A stretch of 64,000 bases of DNA from Candidatus Latescibacterota bacterium (GCA_965208835.1 OZ242358.1:128001-192000), one strand, 5' to 3'; positions 51,056 to 60,656 are shown, counted from the first letter of the stretch. The notes: generated from the letters alone by a model not told the origin. A program made the numbers and translations.

Positions 51056-51964
51056 ATGGATTTGATTACGCTCAAGACATGGTCGGCAGGGGAAATCCTT
51101 GAAACGGTTGAAGCGGGTCTGTTGATGAAGGCAGACCCGAAACGGTTTTCGGGCGCATTGCAGGGCCGAACGTTGGCGATGCTGTTTCAGAAGCCATCGA
51201 CGCGGACCCGATGTTCGTTCGAGACGGGAATGAACCAGCTGGGCGGGTACGCCATGAACCTGGATTGGCGCGCCACAAATTTCCAACTGGCGGACCTAAG
51301 GGACGAAGCTCAGGTGCTTTCCCGGTATTCGGACGTCATTATGGCCCGGATGTTGAGTCATCGCGACCTGTGCGAACTTGCGGCCGGGGCCGAGGTTCCC
51401 GTAATTAACGGGTGCTGCAACCGGTACCATCCCTGCCAGGCGCTTGGCGATCTGATGACCGTCCGGGAGATCCGGGGAAAGCTGGAGGGCGCACACCTGG
51501 TCTACGTGGGCATTCGAAACAATGTGTGCAATTCATTGATCGCCGGATGTACCAAAGCCGGCGTGCGAATTACGACGGTGACGCCGGAAGTAAACAAACC
51601 CTCCGAAGACGAAGGCCTCACCAATCGGGCACGGAAGACCGGTCTTTTCCAGGAGACCCTTGACCTCGAGGCGGCGGTAGCCGGGGCGGATTTTCTATAT
51701 ACGGATACCTGGATCGACATGGAATTCTTCGAAGACCCTGCTTATGAGGCGGAGAAGAAGCGGCGTGTCGAGGCCTTTGCGCCGTATCAGATAAATATGG
51801 ATCTGCTGGACAAAACCGGAGCGCTGGTCATGCATTGCCTGCCCGCGCACAAGGGGTACGAGTTGACGGCGGAAGTGATGGCGAGCCCGAGATGCGTGGC
51901 GGTGGACCAGGCGGAAAACAGGATGCATGTACAGAAGGCGATTCTGACGCAATTGCTCGGATAA
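51056..51964 (+). CDS. argF: Ornithine carbamoyltransferase
   Basis: KPSTRTR, HPCQ, NNV, HCLP, QAENR. Confidence 0.88.
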   Translation: MDLITLKTWSAGEILETVEAGLLMKADPKRFSGALQGRTLAMLFQKPSTRTRCSFETGMNQLGGYAMNLDWRATNFQLADLRDEAQVLSRYSDVIMARMLSHRDLCELAAGAEVPVINGCCNRYHPCQALGDLMTVREIRGKLEGAHLVYVGIRNNVCNSLIAGCTKAGVRITTVTPEVNKPSEDEGLTNRARKTGLFQETLDLEAAVAGADFLYTDTWIDMEFFEDPAYEAEKKRRVEAFAPYQINMDLLDKTGALVMHCLPAHKGYELTAEVMASPRCVAVDQAENRMHVQKAILTQLLG

Positions 51965-52002
51965 TGGCGCCACCCACGTGCGGGACGGGGGTACGGAACG
52001 GC

Positions 52003-52638
52003 GTGGCCGGACTGTTCATAACCTTTGAAGGCATCGACAGGAGCGGAAAAAGCACGCAGGCCAAACGGCTGACAGAACGGCTTCGTGCGGAGGGGCGATC
52101 CGTCGTGTTCACCCTGGAGCCGGGTGGGACCGAACTGGGACGGAAGGTCCGCGGTCTCTTGCTGGAGCGTCGTTCGGAAGTGGACCCCTCCGCGGAAATG
52201 CTGTTGTTCGCGGCTGATCGGGCTCAGCACGTCAACACGGTGATCCGCCCGGCACTCCTGCAGGGTGAAGTGGTGGTATCGGACCGTTTTTTCGATTCAA
52301 CGGTCGTCTACCAGGGCTATGGGCGCGGGCTGGACCTGGATCGCATTCGGGCGGTTCAGGAAGTGGCCGCCGGCGGTCTGAGGCCAGACCTGACCGTTTG
52401 GATCGACGTGGATCTTGAAACCGTGAAACAGCGATGGAAACCTGAAGATGCCGACAGGCTCGAAGCCGCCGGCGACGCGTTTTTCGGTCGTGTGAGGAAC
52501 GGGTACCATAGTATCTGGCAGGCGGAGCCGGAACGGATTCTTCGGGTTGACGGGCGGCTCACCGTCGAGAATCTGGCGTGCCGGATCTACAACGAGGTAC
52601 GCGAAAGGCTGGCAGCTTCGCCCCGGCGGGCCGGTTGA
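52003..52638 (+). CDS. tmk: Thymidylate kinase
   Basis: FITFEGIDRSGKSTQ, EPGGT, LLFAADRAQH, SDRF, YQG; alternative start ATG 51964 overlaps the argF stop. Confidence 0.95.
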   Translation: MAGLFITFEGIDRSGKSTQAKRLTERLRAEGRSVVFTLEPGGTELGRKVRGLLLERRSEVDPSAEMLLFAADRAQHVNTVIRPALLQGEVVVSDRFFDSTVVYQGYGRGLDLDRIRAVQEVAAGGLRPDLTVWIDVDLETVKQRWKPEDADRLEAAGDAFFGRVRNGYHSIWQAEPERILRVDGRLTVENLACRIYNEVRERLAASPRRAG

Positions 52639-52767
52639 TTTCGACGAATCAGGTGGCGTTCACGGCTGCCCGCGATGTCCTCTTTGGAAAATGGTGAGAG
52701 ATTGGCGGAGCGGAACAGGATCCGCGGCGACGCGGAACGGCGGTACCAGACAATGCGGAGGCGGAAA

Positions 52768-54690
52768 ATGAGCGGACGGAAACACAGACGAATATGGGTT
52801 GGCGCGGCACTGATCGTCCTTCTTGGAACCTGTCTGGTCCTGGACTCGCGGCTCGTCAATGGGGAAGACGGGTACGCCACAGTGGAGAAGAGTATAGACG
52901 AATACATCGAAACGTTGAAACTGCTGACCACGAGTTACTATAAGCCACTGGCGTCCGACTCGCTCACGACTTCAGCCATCGATGGCATGCTGGACGAACT
53001 CGACCCGTATACTCAGATGCTCAACAGACGCGGCCTGGATGACCTTATGATCGATACCCGGGGCAAATTCGGCGGGTTGGGCATCACGATCAGCACCATG
53101 AAGAGGAATGGCGTTGAGGTGCCCGTCGTTCTGAGTGTTATTGAGGGTACGCCTGCCGACACTTCCGGGCTTGTGGTCGGCGACCGGATCGTCGCGGTGG
53201 ACGGAGACCCCACGCTCAACCGGAAACTGGAGGAGGTAGTGGATGTGCTGCGCGGGGAACCTGGCAATCGGGTCGTGATTACGATTGAAAGACCGGGCCG
53301 GTCGCAGACGTTTGACCAGGAGATTGTCAGGGCGCGTATTCGTGTGAAGAGCGTGGCGAGCATCGACGGAATCGAAGACGGCATCGGTTACATAGCGATG
53401 TCCGGTCTGATCGGCAGCCGGTTCTCGGAATCCACGCCCGATGAGCTGAAAGCCGCCGTCGATGAGCTGAAATCGAAAAATACGAGCGGCATTATCCTGG
53501 ACTTGCGGGGGAATCCAGGGGGGCTGCTGGCGCAGGCTGTCGCCGTTGCCGACGTATTTCTTGGCCCCGATCTGCTGGTTGTGACGACGCGGGGCCGCGT
53601 GGATTCACAAAATAAGGAGTACCGCACTGCGAAATCCTCCATGGTTAAGGATATACCCCTCGTGGTTCTGGTCAACGCCCACAGCGCCAGCGCCTCGGAG
53701 ATTGTCGCGGGCGCAATTCAGGACTCGGACCGAGGGTTGATCCTGGGCACACCGACGTTCGGCAAGGGATCCGTTCAATCCTTTCAGCAAGTCAGCGATG
53801 AAAAGGCGCTGAAGTGGACAACGGCCCTTTACTACACCCCCAGCGGGCGCAGTATCCACAAAAACAGGCGGTTCGGACGGCTGGGCAACCTGGCATTGAA
53901 TGTCGGGGACTCACAGGTGCCTCTGTATCAGACGCTTGCGACGATTGCGGGGGAAGAGAGCCGGGAGGACGCGATCACGCGGCTTTTCGAACAGTTCGAT
54001 CTGGAATCCACAAAGCAGGCGGAGCAGCTGTTTGAGATGGAACTGGGGCAGATGGTGGGAATGGCGTTGAGAGAGGACCGTGTCGCCAACGAAGCCTCGG
54101 ACTCGGCCAGGGTCTTTAGGACTGCCGGCGGGCGCACTGTCTACGGCGGAGGTGGTATCACGCCCGACGTGGTGGTGAAGCCGAAGCGCAGACCGAGACT
54201 GATACTCGAAATGTACAGGGCCGGGTTGTTTTTCGACTTTGCCGTAGAATACGCCGCACGGAACGCATTTCCCCGGAACCCGGAGAGCTATGACGTGGGG
54301 GAAAAGGAAATCGCCGCGTTCCGGGCATTTCTCGCGGACTCGTCGAGAATTGGAAATTTCAGGCGTTACCGAACGCCGGCTGAAAACGAACTGGAGAATC
54401 TGAACCGGGCGCTGGCCGACGCGGGCCTGGACGCGGAAGCGGACCGGGCGTTAGACGTCCTGCGGAACGTTGTTGAATCGGAGCGGGAAACGGAATTCGA
54501 AAAGGCGGAACCGTATATCCGGCTGGAGATCGGAAGGGAGCTGGGAAACCGGGTCTGGGGAAAGAAGGGGCGCATTCTGGCCCGGCTGAAAGGCGATGAG
54601 CAGTTTCGCGAGGCCGTTCGAATTCTCAGAGACCCGGAACGGTACAGAGAGAGTATGAAGCTGGCGCTTGCCGGCGATGGCGGGCTTTGA
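52768..54690 (+). CDS. ctpA: S41 carboxy-terminal processing protease (PDZ + peptidase S41) with an internal helical insertion
   Basis: LDPYT, FGGLGI (PDZ), DLRGNPGG, SASASEI, FGKGSVQ, YYTPSGR, GGGGITPD; RBS GGAGG. Confidence 0.93.
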   Translation: MSGRKHRRIWVGAALIVLLGTCLVLDSRLVNGEDGYATVEKSIDEYIETLKLLTTSYYKPLASDSLTTSAIDGMLDELDPYTQMLNRRGLDDLMIDTRGKFGGLGITISTMKRNGVEVPVVLSVIEGTPADTSGLVVGDRIVAVDGDPTLNRKLEEVVDVLRGEPGNRVVITIERPGRSQTFDQEIVRARIRVKSVASIDGIEDGIGYIAMSGLIGSRFSESTPDELKAAVDELKSKNTSGIILDLRGNPGGLLAQAVAVADVFLGPDLLVVTTRGRVDSQNKEYRTAKSSMVKDIPLVVLVNAHSASASEIVAGAIQDSDRGLILGTPTFGKGSVQSFQQVSDEKALKWTTALYYTPSGRSIHKNRRFGRLGNLALNVGDSQVPLYQTLATIAGEESREDAITRLFEQFDLESTKQAEQLFEMELGQMVGMALREDRVANEASDSARVFRTAGGRTVYGGGGITPDVVVKPKRRPRLILEMYRAGLFFDFAVEYAARNAFPRNPESYDVGEKEIAAFRAFLADSSRIGNFRRYRTPAENELENLNRALADAGLDAEADRALDVLRNVVESERETEFEKAEPYIRLEIGRELGNRVWGKKGRILARLKGDEQFREAVRILRDPERYRESMKLALAGDGGL

Positions 54691-54720
54691 ATGCGAAACC
54701 ACGAATCGTGGGCGGAGGTC

Positions 54721-55167
54721 ATGGAAGACGCAAACGGTGAACGGGTCGATCTCTACGAACAGGTGCTTGAACACGCACGTCGCGAAATAGATGCCACGGC
54801 CTCCCAGGTCGAGGAGCTGAGACGCGCGCTAGGCTTGCTCGAAGCGCGTGTTGAGGCGGCGAAGGCCGTCTACGAAGCCGCTGCCGCTCGCCTGAATCTG
54901 CAGGATGAATCGGACGGCCAGGGTATTTCTGTTTCGGAATCGCTGTCATCCGTTCAGGCGCTTCTCTCAGCTGACGAATCCACGGCGCCTCCGGGCGGCC
55001 ACCGGAATCACCAGCGGGCCGGGTCGGAGACGCGGCAACAGGACGGGGAGGAGGGCGACACGCCCGGATCCTGGCGGCGATTGCAGATCGGCGGATCCAC
55101 CCTGGTGTGGAAGAGAGTCAGGAAGCCGAAACGGCGGCAGAGCCGGAGCGGGGGCAGGGCTTCCTGA
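54721..55167 (+). CDS. Hypothetical protein (N-terminal coiled coil, basic C-terminus)
   Basis: RBS GGAGG before ATG 54721; amphipathic helix LYEQVLEHARREID...LEARVEAAK. Confidence 0.55.
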   Translation: MEDANGERVDLYEQVLEHARREIDATASQVEELRRALGLLEARVEAAKAVYEAAAARLNLQDESDGQGISVSESLSSVQALLSADESTAPPGGHRNHQRAGSETRQQDGEEGDTPGSWRRLQIGGSTLVWKRVRKPKRRQSRSGGRAS

Positions 55168-55266
55168 ACATTCGCACAACTGTTACTGACCTTGAAAAAC
55201 CACGAAGATTGTCCGCGTCCGAGGTAGATGGGCTGTTCCATTACCACATCAGGTCGGGTAATTGAC

Positions 55267-56715
55267 ATGGGAATCTGTGCAGAGGAAGAAACGATTCAGG
55301 TGACCGACGCGAAAGAGCGAAGCCTCTGTATTGACAGAATGACGCCCGGTGGCGGCCTGTATACCGATGTGCAGCGTACGGTGCATCCCAGGTCCAACAG
55401 CCCATGGCGGGTGTCGCCCGAACCCTTCTGGATGCCGCCTCGGGTGATAGACCATCTGGAACGCCTGGGTGCCCATTTGTACGATTTCTATAAGGCCTGC
55501 AACCTTCTGTATTCTCAGAGTGTCCGGAAGATCCAGCCGGAGTGGGTGGCGGAATACCTGAACCAGGGGAAGCCGGAAACCGTAATCGGATACGGCCGGA
55601 TGAACCGTTTCAAACAGCATCTGCCGCTGGTGATCCGGCCGGACCTGATTCCGACGCCCGGAGGAACGATCGCTTCGGAATTGGACTCGGTGCCGGGGGG
55701 TATCGGGTTCACTGCAAGCCTGGCGGAGCGGTACGGCCGGTTCGGATTTGATATTGTGGGTGGCGCCGATGGTATGGTGAACGGATTCATTGGGATGGTG
55801 CGTTCGGTTGCCGGGATCGGGGAGCCGGTGCTGGGCATTGTGGTTTCAGAGGAATCTTCGGGGTACCGCCCCGAAATGACCTGGCTGGGGGAAGCCCTGG
55901 ATCAGGCGGGACTGGAAACCTACGTTGTGCGTCCGGAAGAGGTTGTTTTCAGCGAAGCCGGACTGTTCGTGAACGGCGCAGGCGGAAGACGGCAGATCGA
56001 CGTGCTCTATCGGTTTTTCGAATTGTTCGACCTGAAAAACATTCCGAAGATGGATCTGATCTTGTATGCCATTCGGAAAGGAACGGTTAAAGCAACGCCA
56101 CCGTTGAAAGCCCAACTGGAAGAGAAAATGCTGATGGCCCTGTTCCACCATCCCCTCTTGCGCTCGTTCTGGCTTCGCGAGCTTGGAGAAGAAGCGGTTG
56201 CGTTCCTCAGGCAGACCTTTCCAAAGACGTGGATTCTGGATCCGCGCCCCCTGCCGCCGCACGCCGTTATTCCCGGGTTGAGCGTGGACGGCCGACATTT
56301 CGGAGACTGGCAGGAACTCGGCTCCCTGGGACAGAAGCATCGCCGCTTTGTGATTAAGCCGTCCGGTTTCTCGGACCAGGCATGGGGCAGCCGCGGCGTA
56401 GCCGTCGGCCACGACATGTCGGAGTCGGACTGGCAGTCCACTATCGAGTCCGCGCTTGCTGACTTTCCCGGGTCGCCCCACATTTTGCAGGAGTTTCACA
56501 CGGGCTCCCGCTTCTCGGTGGCGTACTACGATTTCGAGACGGATCGCATGATGCGCCTCAAGGGGCGCGTGCGCATCCAGCCCTATTATTTCGTAATCGA
56601 GGGCCGGCCTGTCCTGTCGGGCGTGCAGGCCACGGTTTGTCCGCCGGACAAGAAAGTACTGCACGGGATGGTCGATGCGGTGGTGATGCCGGGAGGGGTG
56701 GAGGATCGCCAGTGA
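55267..56715 (+). CDS. Uncharacterised ATP-grasp-like amide ligase (glutathionylspermidine synthetase / circularly permuted ATP-grasp-like)
   Basis: IRPDL, SELDSVPGGIG, LYRFFELFD, EEK, VIKPSGF...WGSRGV, ILQEF; start uncertain. Confidence 0.65.
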   Translation: MGICAEEETIQVTDAKERSLCIDRMTPGGGLYTDVQRTVHPRSNSPWRVSPEPFWMPPRVIDHLERLGAHLYDFYKACNLLYSQSVRKIQPEWVAEYLNQGKPETVIGYGRMNRFKQHLPLVIRPDLIPTPGGTIASELDSVPGGIGFTASLAERYGRFGFDIVGGADGMVNGFIGMVRSVAGIGEPVLGIVVSEESSGYRPEMTWLGEALDQAGLETYVVRPEEVVFSEAGLFVNGAGGRRQIDVLYRFFELFDLKNIPKMDLILYAIRKGTVKATPPLKAQLEEKMLMALFHHPLLRSFWLRELGEEAVAFLRQTFPKTWILDPRPLPPHAVIPGLSVDGRHFGDWQELGSLGQKHRRFVIKPSGFSDQAWGSRGVAVGHDMSESDWQSTIESALADFPGSPHILQEFHTGSRFSVAYYDFETDRMMRLKGRVRIQPYYFVIEGRPVLSGVQATVCPPDKKVLHGMVDAVVMPGGVEDRQ

Positions 56716-57590
56716 CGTCGCTAGTGGAACGACATATGAGTGAAGACGACAGGTCGGGCCTTTTGCAGGCCGAAGAGAAACTGCGCCGGCTCGAGGAACT
56801 CCTCGGGCGGATGGGGAGTGTGGTCGTGGCGTACTCCGGGGGCGTGGACAGCACTTTTCTGGCGGCGGCGGCGCACAGGGTGCTGGGTACGAAGGCGCTT
56901 GCGGTGACGGCGGTTTCGGCCAGCTACGCCGCCGGCGAACTCGAGAACGCACGTTCGCTCGCGGACCGGATCGGCATTTCAATGGAAGTGGTGCACACCC
57001 GGGAGATGGAGAATCCGGACTACGTAAAGAACGAGCCCGACCGTTGCTACCATTGCAAGACGGCGCTTGCCGACAAGCTGGATGAAGTCATCGAAAAGTA
57101 TGGGGGACGGTATCGATTTCTGGTTTACGGGGCCATCGCGGACGATGTGGGTGACTTCAGGCCGGGCATGACGGCTGCGCGGGACCGGGGCGTGCGGGCT
57201 CCGATGGTGGAGGTAGGCCTGACAAAGGTGGATATTCGCCTGTTGTCCAGAAACTGGGAATTGCCCACCTGGGATCGCCCGGCGTCGGCCTGCCTGTCGT
57301 CCCGCATTTCCTATGGTACCCCGGTGACCGCGGAAGCGCTGTCGATGGTTGACCGGGCCGAGGCATATCTCAAGACGCTGGGATTCCGCCTGGTCCGGGT
57401 ACGGCACCATGACGACATCGCCCGCATTGAAGTTTCACCTGAGGAGATCGGCCGATTTTTCCTGGACGGACTCGTCGACCGGGTCGTGGCGCACCTGAAG
57501 GAAATCGGATATCGATACGTCACGCTGGACATGCAGGGATACCGTAGCGGGAGTTTGAACGAGACGTTTCTCGACATTCAGCGCAAGTGA
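56712..57590 (+). CDS. larE: ATP-dependent sulfur transferase LarE (PP-loop)
   Basis: AYSGGVDS, RCYHCK, RPG, ACLSSRI, VRVRHH, YVTLDMQGYRSGS; GTG overlaps the upstream TGA. Confidence 0.92.
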   Translation: MTSLVERHMSEDDRSGLLQAEEKLRRLEELLGRMGSVVVAYSGGVDSTFLAAAAHRVLGTKALAVTAVSASYAAGELENARSLADRIGISMEVVHTREMENPDYVKNEPDRCYHCKTALADKLDEVIEKYGGRYRFLVYGAIADDVGDFRPGMTAARDRGVRAPMVEVGLTKVDIRLLSRNWELPTWDRPASACLSSRISYGTPVTAEALSMVDRAEAYLKTLGFRLVRVRHHDDIARIEVSPEEIGRFFLDGLVDRVVAHLKEIGYRYVTLDMQGYRSGSLNETFLDIQRK

Positions 57591-57661
57591 ACATCGGCGC
57601 TCAGGGTTGACCTCAATTCTAAAAAAGACTACAGTCAAATTGGCCGCGAAAAGCCTGAATG

Positions 57662-57835
57662 CGGGTAGAGGGTAGAAGGAAGACGGTAGACCAAAAGCGG
57701 TGAGACGGGAGCCGGTAGACGGTAGAAGAAATACTCGCCCGCTTTTAATGTTCCTTCTTGCCTCCGGCACGAATGGAAACCTCACAAGGCAGGCAATCTC
57801 TACCCTCTCCCGTCTTACGTCTCACCCGGTGGCAG
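57662..57835. repeat. Element with inverted heptamer-repeat arms (copy 2)
   Basis: Core TTGCCTCCGGCACGAATGGAAACCTCACAAGGCAGG matches the reverse complement of 24640-24680; GGTAGA and TCTACC arms. Confidence 0.65.
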
Positions 57836-57862
57836 GGCGGCCGGGGGGAGAGGTCTCGAACG

Positions 57863-57963
57863 CGTCCAGCGACCTGGTGTATCTTGGTAATCCGCCTTCT
57901 AATCGCCTTTATTAACTGGCACATATTCGAATTAACGTCCACGAGAATTTACGAATCAAGGTT
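57863..57963. mobile_element. Partial MITE family D
   Basis: GACCTGGTGTATCTTGGTAATCCGCC...CGAATCAAGGTT matches 13280-13370. Confidence 0.78.
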
Positions 57964-57987
57964 GAAGGCTCATACGGGATCTGAACA

Positions 57988-58560
57988 GTGGCACTCCTCG
58001 AAATAAAGAAATTCGGCTGCCCGACACTCAGAAGGAGGGCGCGGCGAGTTGAAGCGATTACGGAAGATTTGCGCACCCTCGTGGACGATATGTTCGAGAC
58101 AATGTACGCTGCGGAGGGGATAGGGCTGGCGGCGCCCCAGGTTGGCGTAAGTCTGTGTGTGGTGGTACTGGACGTCAGCCCCGGCGATCCGGAGGCCGAG
58201 GCAACGGTTTTAATCAACCCGGAGCTGAGCCAGGGTGAGGGCGAGGTCGTTGGAGAGGAGGGGTGCCTGAGCCTGCCGGGCGTTGTGGGAGACGTCAAAC
58301 GCCGGGCGCAGGTCCGGGTCGACGCCCTGGACAGGGACGGAAACGCCTTCAGCGCGGTGATGTCGGATATTTCGGCCCGCGCTGTTCAGCACGAGGTCGA
58401 CCACCTGAACGGCGTTCTGGTGACGGATCATTTCAGCGCAATCAAACGGAACCTCCTGCGCAGCCAACTCATTGCGCTGAAACGCGAAGGCAGCCGCCAG
58501 AGGCGTGGGCTGATCCATGTGGATCCGGTCCCCGCGGACAGTTCGAAAGCCCCCACGTGA
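57988..58560 (+). CDS. def: Peptide deformylase
   Basis: GIGLAAPQVG, EGCLS, HEVDH. Confidence 0.97.
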   Translation: MALLEIKKFGCPTLRRRARRVEAITEDLRTLVDDMFETMYAAEGIGLAAPQVGVSLCVVVLDVSPGDPEAEATVLINPELSQGEGEVVGEEGCLSLPGVVGDVKRRAQVRVDALDRDGNAFSAVMSDISARAVQHEVDHLNGVLVTDHFSAIKRNLLRSQLIALKREGSRQRRGLIHVDPVPADSSKAPT

Positions 58561-59387
58561 ACCAGCGCATTGATCTGCATCTGCACTCGACTTGCTCCGA
58601 CGGGACATCCACGCCCAGGGTAGTCGTTCGCCGGGCCGCGGAAGCCGGACTCAGCGTAATCAGCCTGACGGATCACGACTCGACCGAGGGTGTTGCGGAG
58701 GCGCAGGACGAAGGCACCCGGCTGGGTGTCGAAGTGGTGCCGGGAACCGAGCTGAGCGCAAGGAACGACGGCACCGACTTGCATATTCTGGGGTACTTCA
58801 TCGACCCGGATCACCCGGATCTGATCTCGTGGCTCGACACGTTTCGACAGGCCAGGTTGCAGCGGGCGGAACGAATGGTGGGCAAGCTGAATCGCATGGG
58901 GTTGCGCGTGCCCCTCGAGCAGGTTCTGGCCAGGGCGGGACCCGGCGCGATAGGACGACCGCATATTGCCGATGTGATGGTGGAAGAAGGCCTGGTTTAT
59001 TCGGTCGACGAAGCGTTCCATAAATACCTTGGGTATTCGAAGCCGGCGTATGTTGCCAAATACTCGCAGTCGCCCGCCCGGGCCATCCAGGTGATCAGGG
59101 CCGCCGGCGGGCTGGCGTGCCTCGCCCACCCCGGGTTGTATCGGCGGGACGACCTGATTCCGGACATGGTATCCGCCGGGCTGGACGGTATCGAGGTGCG
59201 GCACACCAAGCACAATGCCTCGCAGGTTGCCAGATACTCGAATATTGCAGCGGAGAACAACCTCCTGCGCACCGGAGGCTCCGATTGCCATGGCGACGGC
59301 AGGGGGAATCCGATAATCGGAACCGTGGATGTGCCGATGTCCTACGTGGAAGCGATGAGGGAACGCCTGAAATCTGGAGGAAACTAG
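58557..59387 (+). CDS. PHP domain phosphoesterase (YciV/TrpH-like)
   Basis: DLHLHSTCSDG, TDHD, GRPH, AHP, GGSDCHG; GTGA overlap with def. Confidence 0.92.
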   Translation: MNQRIDLHLHSTCSDGTSTPRVVVRRAAEAGLSVISLTDHDSTEGVAEAQDEGTRLGVEVVPGTELSARNDGTDLHILGYFIDPDHPDLISWLDTFRQARLQRAERMVGKLNRMGLRVPLEQVLARAGPGAIGRPHIADVMVEEGLVYSVDEAFHKYLGYSKPAYVAKYSQSPARAIQVIRAAGGLACLAHPGLYRRDDLIPDMVSAGLDGIEVRHTKHNASQVARYSNIAAENNLLRTGGSDCHGDGRGNPIIGTVDVPMSYVEAMRERLKSGGN

Positions 59388-59551
59388 TGTTCTGTCCCGA
59401 AAATTCCTCACCATTCGACCGCCGATTCATCCTGTCTCGCTGCGTTCCCCTCGCTCGCCGATCTTCCGCAGGTCGCCTGCGCTCGGGCGTCTTGCGAGCC
59501 AGGCGACTCGACGGTCAAATTTAGGCAACTTATTTCCGGGACAGAACACTG
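59385..59551. mobile_element. MITE family C overlapping the PHP stop codon
   Basis: TAGTGTTCTGTCCCG ... CGGGACAGAACACTG terminal inverted repeats. Confidence 0.82.
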
Positions 59552-59639
59552 GGTTTGCTTTGCGGCGACCCGGGCAGTGCGTTCGCCTGGTGCAAACGTC
59601 GCCGGAATCACGACGACTGAGTCTGGATGGTGCAATCCG

Positions 59640-60620
59640 ATGCTGCCGGACAGGGCTTTTTTTGACGAAAACCGGGCCGATCTCTACTTTTCAAACACTC
59701 GCGAGGTGCTGTCGCGGGAGGGGATCGATCCGGTTGTTACGATGGAGGTGTTTCCCAACGGGCACGGTACGCTTTGCGGCATGACCGAGGTGCTCGAGAA
59801 TCTTGCTGAAGTCTTGCCCGTGGATGCGTCCGTCCTGGCGCTGGGCGAGGGTCAGCCCATGTCACGAAAGGAAGTCGTACTCCGTATAAAGGCGCGTTAC
59901 AGCAGCTTTGGCGTCTATGAGACCGCCTATCTCGGCACGCTTGCCCAGAAGAGCGGCTGGGCGACGGCGGCGCGGGCCTGCGTGGAGGCAGCGGCGGGTA
60001 CTCCGGTGATCAGCTTCGGCGCACGGCACGTCCATCCGGCGATTTCGGATCAGATGGAATATTCCGCACTGGTCGGCGGGTGTTCCGGTTGCGCCACACC
60101 GGCGGGGGCGCGGTTGGCGGGCCACGAGCCCACGGGCACCATGCCTCATGCGCTGATGTTGATCATGGGTGACACGCTGACGGCGGCCCGGGCCTTCGAC
60201 CGACACATGCCGGAATCGATCCGGCGCATCGTGCTGGTGGATACGTTTATGGACGAGATGGAGGAGAGTGTGCGGTTGGCCCGGAAGATGGGTGGACGGC
60301 TGCTGGGCGTGCGCCTGGACACACCCTCTGAGCTGGGCGGCGTGACGCCCGATCTCGTGAGTCGGGTTCGAAGCGGGCTGGATCGCGCGGGGCATCGGGA
60401 GGTGAAGATCTACGTGAGCGGCGGAATGACGCCGGAGCGCATCCGGGAGTTCGTGGCGAAAGGTTCCGCGGTGGACGGGTTCGGTGTGGGCAGCGCAATC
60501 AGCGGCGCCTCCCCCATCGATTTTACGTCCGATATCAAGGCCGTCGGAAGGCGGTCGGTGGCGAAGCGGGGCCGTAAGCCGGGGTTGACGGAGAATACCA
60601 GGCTCAGAAGCGTGCATTGA
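59640..60620 (+). CDS. pncB: Nicotinate phosphoribosyltransferase (type II PRTase, short form)
   Basis: ADLYF, YETAYLG, SFGARH, GTMPH, LVDT, GVRLDTPSE, SGG, GFGVGS. Confidence 0.82.
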   Translation: MLPDRAFFDENRADLYFSNTREVLSREGIDPVVTMEVFPNGHGTLCGMTEVLENLAEVLPVDASVLALGEGQPMSRKEVVLRIKARYSSFGVYETAYLGTLAQKSGWATAARACVEAAAGTPVISFGARHVHPAISDQMEYSALVGGCSGCATPAGARLAGHEPTGTMPHALMLIMGDTLTAARAFDRHMPESIRRIVLVDTFMDEMEESVRLARKMGGRLLGVRLDTPSELGGVTPDLVSRVRSGLDRAGHREVKIYVSGGMTPERIREFVAKGSAVDGFGVGSAISGASPIDFTSDIKAVGRRSVAKRGRKPGLTENTRLRSVH

Positions 60621-60656
60621 CGAAACAACCCCCCCGCCGGCGGTATCTCCGACATG

